Source of the DNA: Actinomycetes bacterium
GTDB lineage: Bacteria > Actinomycetota > Thermoleophilia > Gaiellales > Gaiellaceae
Assembly: GCA_031394165.1 (NCBI GenBank)
Contig: JANMWV010000016.1
Location: 1 to 31,120 of the forward strand
Direction: 5' to 3'
DNA: 31,120 nucleotides
Of the stretch, positions 26,888-31,120 are shown in pieces. Below the pieces are notes generated by a model that ran no database searches, was not told where the DNA came from, and worked only from the letters and a program-made list of their open reading frames with translations. Made by a program: the position numbers and the translations under genes. Positions within the stretch are counted from its first letter, which is position 1. Every line of letters starts with the position of its first letter.

Positions 26888-26962
26888 CGGGGTGTGGCGC
26901 AGCCTGGTTAGCGCGCTTGTCTGGGGGACAAGAGGTCCCGAGTTCGAATCTCGGCACCCCGA
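26888..26962 (+). tRNA. tRNA-Pro(GGG), CCA not encoded
   Basis: Acceptor stem CGGGGTG/CACCCCG, D-arm GCGCAGCCTGGTTAGCGC, anticodon arm CTTGT-CTGGGGG-ACAAG (anticodon GGG), T-loop GTTCGAAT, discriminator A followed by CT. Confidence 0.96.
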
Positions 26963-27066
26963 CTCGACCGCTCCTCCGTGCGTCGGCACGCGGCCGGGCG
27001 CGCCGCCTGTGGCCCTCGTTCGGGGAGTGCCGGGAACCGGCTGCGCGCGCCATACTGCGTTCGGCC

Positions 27067-27507
27067 TTGGCAAAGACCTCCGACATTCGGCTGCTCGATC
27101 TGCTCGCCGAGACGGCGCGGGAGCTCGCCGACCGCCTCGACGCGACCGCGAGCAGCATCTCGCGCGTGATCGGCGACGTGCTGATCCAGGTTTCGGAGTT
27201 CACACCCGACGGCCGGACGCTGATGATGGGACAGGGCTACCTCGTGCCCGACTATCCGCTCACGCAGGTCGTGCTGACGTCGGGGCAGCCGCGCGCCTTG
27301 ACGCTCGCCGATGCCGACGTCGACGCCGCGGAGGCGCGCGTGCTGCGCGACCTCGGGTTCGCGTCGCTGCTCATGCTCCCGCTCGAGATCGGCGGCAGCG
27401 TCTGGGGCCTCGTCGAGGTGTATCGCGCCGAGCCGCTGCCGTTCACCGCCGAGGACGTGCGCGTGGCGGCGGAGATCCTTGCCCGCACCTCCGTGCGCGC
27501 GGGCTGA
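27067..27507 (+). CDS. Standalone GAF-domain protein
   Basis: ASSIS..., YPLTQVVLTSGQPRAL...D.DVDAAE...LGFASLLMLPLEIGGSVWGLVEVY...PFTAEDVRVA. Likely start TTG 27067, with CATACT 10 nt upstream. Confidence 0.75.
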   Translation: MAKTSDIRLLDLLAETARELADRLDATASSISRVIGDVLIQVSEFTPDGRTLMMGQGYLVPDYPLTQVVLTSGQPRALTLADADVDAAEARVLRDLGFASLLMLPLEIGGSVWGLVEVYRAEPLPFTAEDVRVAAEILARTSVRAG

Positions 27508-27513
27508 GAACCT

Positions 27514-28523
27514 CTAGCGGCGACTGACGACGACGTCGGCCGAGCAGCCGGCGACGAGCGCACGCAACGGCTCCGCGACGCCGCGGAGCTGCGGGTGCGA
27601 CGCGGCGATCTCGATCGGCGGCCACACCTCGATCCCGAGTGACGCGGCGCCCTCGTCGGACCCCATCGACAGCAGCGCGTCCACGGTGAGGACGTCGCGG
27701 CGACCCGCCTGGCGGCGCGCGATCCCGTCGAGCTCGCGCAACTCCTCGAGCGGGTCGATGCGCACGTTCGAGTCCGAGCCGATGCAGATCCCGACCGCAC
27801 GGTGCAGCAGCCGCTCGACCGGAAGGAAGCCGTCGCCGAGATTCGCCTCCGTCGTCGGGCACGCGCACACGCGCGCGCCGGCCTGGCCGAGCAGGTCGAG
27901 CTCGCGCCCGTCGGCGTGCGTCGCGTGCACGACGGTCGTGCGAGCCGTCAGGCAGCCCGTGTCGGCGAGCAGCTCGATCGGGCGCACGCCGTGCTCTGCG
28001 ACGCATTCCTCGATCTCGCGCGGCTGCTCGTCCGCATGCACGTGCAGGGGGAGACCTTCAGCCGCGGCGTAGCGGCCGAGCTCCTCGAGCCAGTCGCGCG
28101 GGCAGGCGCGGACCGAGTGCGGGGCGACGCCGACGCGCGCGCCCGTGCTGCGCAGCTCCTCGAGCCCGCGCAGGTACTCGGCCACCGACTCCTGCCGGAA
28201 GCGGTCGAGCCCGCCGCGCCCGTAGGCGACGTAGAGCAGCACGAGCTCGACGCCGGCCTCTGTCCCGCCTCGACGGCCGCGTGGGCCTCCGCGAGCCCGA
28301 GGTAGTGGAACTCGCCGACGGCCGTGTAGCCCGCGTCGCGCATCTCGCCGTAGACCGCCGCGTACTCCGTCCGGACACGTCCCGGGGTCTGACCCCGGGC
28401 GAGGTCGAGCATCGTGTCCCGCCAGGCCCAGAAGTCGGCGCCCTCGGCGCGTCCCCGCAACGCGCGCTGGAACGCGTGGCTGTGGGCGTTGACAAACCCC
28501 GGCAGCTGGTATCTGTCCTCCAC
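27514..28523 (-). pseudogene. Formimidoylglutamate deiminase (HutF)-like amidohydrolase, split by a 1-nt frameshift near 28264-28266
   Basis: Frame A (start GTG 28523): PGFVNAHSHAFQRALRG, GYTAVGEFHY. Frame B: APHSVRA, HVHADEQ, VVHATH, CPTTEANLGDG, GSDSN, stop at 27514. One extra G in GCGGGACA would join them into about 336 aa. May be a sequencing error. Confidence 0.8.
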
Positions 28524-28529
28524 CTGGGA

Positions 28530-28536
28530 GAGGATA
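28530..28536. promoter_or_regulatory. Putative bidirectional -10 (TATCCT on -, GAGGAT on +)
   Basis: TATCCT (28536-28531) is 7 nt before GTG 28523. GAGGAT (28530-28535) is 6 nt before GTG 28542. 18-nt spacer. Confidence 0.5.
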
Positions 28537-28541
28537 CGCAG

Positions 28542-29504
28542 GTGCTGCGGCGCCTCCTGGTCGTGGGGCTTGCATGGGCATCCCTCGGCGGGCCCGCGTC
28601 AGCCTGGGCCGGGACGGTGGCGATCTTCTACTACCCCTGGTACGGCACCCCGGCGCGCGACGGCGCGTGGCAGCACTGGAACCAGAACCGCCACCGGCCG
28701 CCGGGCGATCTCTACTCGCGCTTCTATCCCGCCCGCGGCCCGTACTCGAACGGCGACCCCGCCGTCGTCGACCAGCAGCTGGCCGAGATTGCGGCAGCCG
28801 GTGTCGACGAGGTCGTGTCGTCCTGGTGGGGGCGCGGCTCCGGCGAGGACTCTCGGCTCCAGCTCGTGCTGGCCACGGCACGGCGTCACCACCTGCAGCC
28901 GGCGATCCACATCGAGCCGTATCAGGGCCGCTCGGCGGCGACGGTGCTGCTCGACCTGAAGTACCTCGCGGCGCTCGGCGTGCACGACGTGTTCGTGTAT
29001 CACCCGCGCGACCTTGCGGCGGCCGACTGGGCTGCGATCCGGCCACAGCTCCCCGCCGGCGTGCGGCTGTTCGCCGGCACGGAGCTCGTGGGCTTCGCGG
29101 CGGCCGGCCTCTTCGACGGCTTCTACACGTACGACTTCATCAACTACGGCGGCGGCAAGTTCACGCGGCTCTGCAACCAGGCCCATGCGGTGCACCTGCT
29201 CTGCGCGCCGAGCGTCGGCCCCGGCTACGACGGCGTCCGCGCCGGCGAGGCGCCCGTGCTGAGCGGCCGCCGCGACGGCGTCACCTACGACAACCTCTGG
29301 ACGGCGGCGCTCGCCGCGAAGCCGGACCTGGTGACGATCACGAGCTACAACGAATGGGGGGAGGGGACGCAGATCGAGGCGTCTGCCCCACGGCAGGGCT
29401 ACCGCAGCTACGACGGCGCCTGGGGCCTCGTCGGCGCGGCCGCCCAGACGGCGTATCTGACGCGCACGGCGTACTGGGCCGGGCGCTTTCATTCGTCCCC
29501 GTAG
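28542..29504 (+). CDS. Secreted glycoside hydrolase, GH99-like (endo-alpha-mannosidase/mannanase family)
   Basis: Signal peptide-like [74 protein letters not shown]. Confidence 0.8.
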   Translation: MLRRLLVVGLAWASLGGPASAWAGTVAIFYYPWYGTPARDGAWQHWNQNRHRPPGDLYSRFYPARGPYSNGDPAVVDQQLAEIAAAGVDEVVSSWWGRGSGEDSRLQLVLATARRHHLQPAIHIEPYQGRSAATVLLDLKYLAALGVHDVFVYHPRDLAAADWAAIRPQLPAGVRLFAGTELVGFAAAGLFDGFYTYDFINYGGGKFTRLCNQAHAVHLLCAPSVGPGYDGVRAGEAPVLSGRRDGVTYDNLWTAALAAKPDLVTITSYNEWGEGTQIEASAPRQGYRSYDGAWGLVGAAAQTAYLTRTAYWAGRFHSSP

Positions 29505-29515
29505 AATCGTCGGGG

Positions 29516-30067
29516 ATGGCCAGCCGCGCCGTTCCCGCTCCGCTCGCCCAGCTGCCGAACGCGCTCACACTCGGCCGGCTCGCGCTGATCCCCGTCTTCG
29601 TCGTCTTCATGGTGCAGGCGGGAGTTGCGCACTCCTGGCCCGCCGGGATCGTCTGGCTCGTCGCCGGGATCACCGACCAGATCGACGGGTTCCTCGCACG
29701 CCGCTGGCAGGTCGAGTCGCGCTTCGGCAAGATCGCCGACCCGCTTGCCGACCGGTTGATGATCGACTCCGGGGTGATCCTGCTCGTCGCCTACGGCCGT
29801 CTCTCCTGGGTCTGGCTCGCGATCATCGCCGCCCGCGACCTGCTGCTCTTCGTCGGTTGGCGCGTGCTCACGCCCCGGGGAATCGACCTCGACGTCAACG
29901 TCATCGGCAAGGCGGCCACCTGGCTGCTCTATCTCGGGCTGGGCTCCCGCATCGTCACCCACAACCACACGGCCTGGCCGCTCTGGATCTTCTGGACCGG
30001 CCTCGGCATGGCCGTCGTCGCGGCGCTGTTCTACGTGCGCGACGCGTGGAAGGCGCTGCGGGCATGA
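29516..30067 (+). CDS. CDP-alcohol phosphatidyltransferase (PgsA-like)
   Basis: [10 protein letters not shown] and the signature [33 protein letters not shown] 8 nt upstream of ATG 29516. Confidence 0.92.
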   Translation: MASRAVPAPLAQLPNALTLGRLALIPVFVVFMVQAGVAHSWPAGIVWLVAGITDQIDGFLARRWQVESRFGKIADPLADRLMIDSGVILLVAYGRLSWVWLAIIAARDLLLFVGWRVLTPRGIDLDVNVIGKAATWLLYLGLGSRIVTHNHTAWPLWIFWTGLGMAVVAALFYVRDAWKALRA

Positions 30068-31120
30068 AGGCCGTCGTCATGGCGGGCGGCGAGGGAACCC
30101 GCCTGCGTCCGCTCACCTCGAACCAACCGAAGCCGATGGTGCCGATCGTCGGCAAGCCGTGCATGGAGCACACCCTGGAGCTGCTGAAGCGCCACGGCTT
30201 CGAGGAGGTGATCGTCACGGTGGCGTTCCTGCCGCAGGCGATCCGCTCGTACTTCGGCGGCGGTGAGGCGCTCGGCATGGACGTCGGCTACTCGGTCGAG
30301 GAATCGCCGCTCGGCACCGCCGGCTCCGTGAAGCTCGCGGCCGCAAGGCTCGACGACACGTTCCTCGTCATCTCCGGCGACGCACTGTGCGACCTCGACC
30401 TCACGCGCCTGGTCGAGTTCCACCAGGAGAAGCAGGCAGCGGTGACGATCGGCCTCAAGTCGGTCGAGAACCCGCTCGAGTTCGGGATCGTCGTCACCGA
30501 CGAGGAGGGCCGCGTCGAGCGCTTCCTCGAGAAGCCGTCGTGGGGCCAGGTGTTCTCCGACACGATCAACACCGGCATCTACGTCGTCGACGCCGAGGTG
30601 CTGCAGCACGTCCCGAAGGACCGGCCGTACGACTTCTCGAAGGAGCTCTTCCCGCTGCTGCTCGAGATGGGCCGTCCGATCTACGGCTTCGTCATGGACG
30701 GCTACTGGCAGGACATCGGCAACCTCGATCAGTACCGTCAGGCGAACTTCGACGCGCTCGACGAGCGCGTGCGTCTCGACATCCCCGGCATCCGGATCCG
30801 GGGGAACATCTGGGTGGGGGAGGGAGTCGACCTGCACGACCTCGACGCGATCGAGGGCCCGGTGTACGTCGGCAACTACTGCCGCATCGCTCCCGACGCG
30901 ACGGTCGGGCCGTACTCGGTGCTCTCGACGAGCGTGACGCTGCGCGAGCGCGCGCGCGTCGCGCGGTCGATCGTCGACTCGTCGACATACATCGGCCGCG
31001 GCGCCGTCGTCGAAGGCGCGATCATCGGCCGAGCCTGCGACCTGCGCGCGCACACGCGCGTGCACGAGGGCGTCGCGATCGGCGACGAGGTGACGATCGG
31101 TGCCGAGAGCGTGATCATGC
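30064..31120 (+). CDS. Sugar-1-phosphate nucleotidyltransferase, mannose-1-phosphate guanylyltransferase-like, with hexapeptide repeats (partial, runs off the window)
   Basis: Not in the ORF track (open-ended). Translated from ATG 30064 (ATGA overlap): [67 protein letters not shown], then left-handed beta-helix repeats. Confidence 0.88.
   Translation, partial: MKAVVMAGGEGTRLRPLTSNQPKPMVPIVGKPCMEHTLELLKRHGFEEVIVTVAFLPQAIRSYFGGGEALGMDVGYSVEESPLGTAGSVKLAAARLDDTFLVISGDALCDLDLTRLVEFHQEKQAAVTIGLKSVENPLEFGIVVTDEEGRVERFLEKPSWGQVFSDTINTGIYVVDAEVLQHVPKDRPYDFSKELFPLLLEMGRPIYGFVMDGYWQDIGNLDQYRQANFDALDERVRLDIPGIRIRGNIWVGEGVDLHDLDAIEGPVYVGNYCRIAPDATVGPYSVLSTSVTLRERARVARSIVDSSTYIGRGAVVEGAIIGRACDLRAHTRVHEGVAIGDEVTIGAESVIM

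Noticed and set aside
27033-27061. GGAAC...GTT resembling a SigH/SigR-type ECF promoter before the GAF gene
   Set aside because: Spacer is 21 nt, too long for the usual ~18 nt.
26888-28523. tRNA-Pro as a possible integration site for the downstream GAF/hutF-like genes
   Set aside because: No integrase, no duplicated tRNA 3' end elsewhere in the window, and no visible compositional shift.

Overview
High-GC (about 70% by eye, not computed) bacterial chromosomal window, mostly core genome. The gene order (ylmD/pgeF-yggS-sepF-yggT-divIVA...dksA-like-lspA-rluD; rpsB-tsf-pyrH-frr-uppS-cdsA...dxr-rseP-ispG-proS; pgsA-like followed by a sugar-1-phosphate nucleotidyltransferase) and the MurA Cys->Asp variant point to Actinomycetota, probably a deep-branching lineage such as Thermoleophilia/Gaiellales (inference, not a database result). 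About 40 CDSs, one tRNA-Pro(GGG) without encoded CCA, no CRISPR array, no transposase or integrase. Features the core annotation does not explain: (1) a ~134-nt minus-strand structured RNA candidate between ridA and cca (three-way junction, G-U wobbles on one strand only, complementary apical loops); (2) a HisB/IGPD-fold protein that has lost most metal ligands, coupled to ridA; (3) a standalone photolyase FAD domain with an intact Trp triad; (4) an in-frame 2x75-nt palindromic tandem repeat in the uppS 5' end; (5) a secreted GH99-like endomannanase next to pgsA and a GDP-mannose pyrophosphorylase-like gene; (6) widespread leaderless-type -10 elements, including overlapping symmetric -10 hexamers at four divergent gene pairs; (7) a frameshifted HutF-like deiminase. 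All motif calls are by eye; no searches or folding programs were run.
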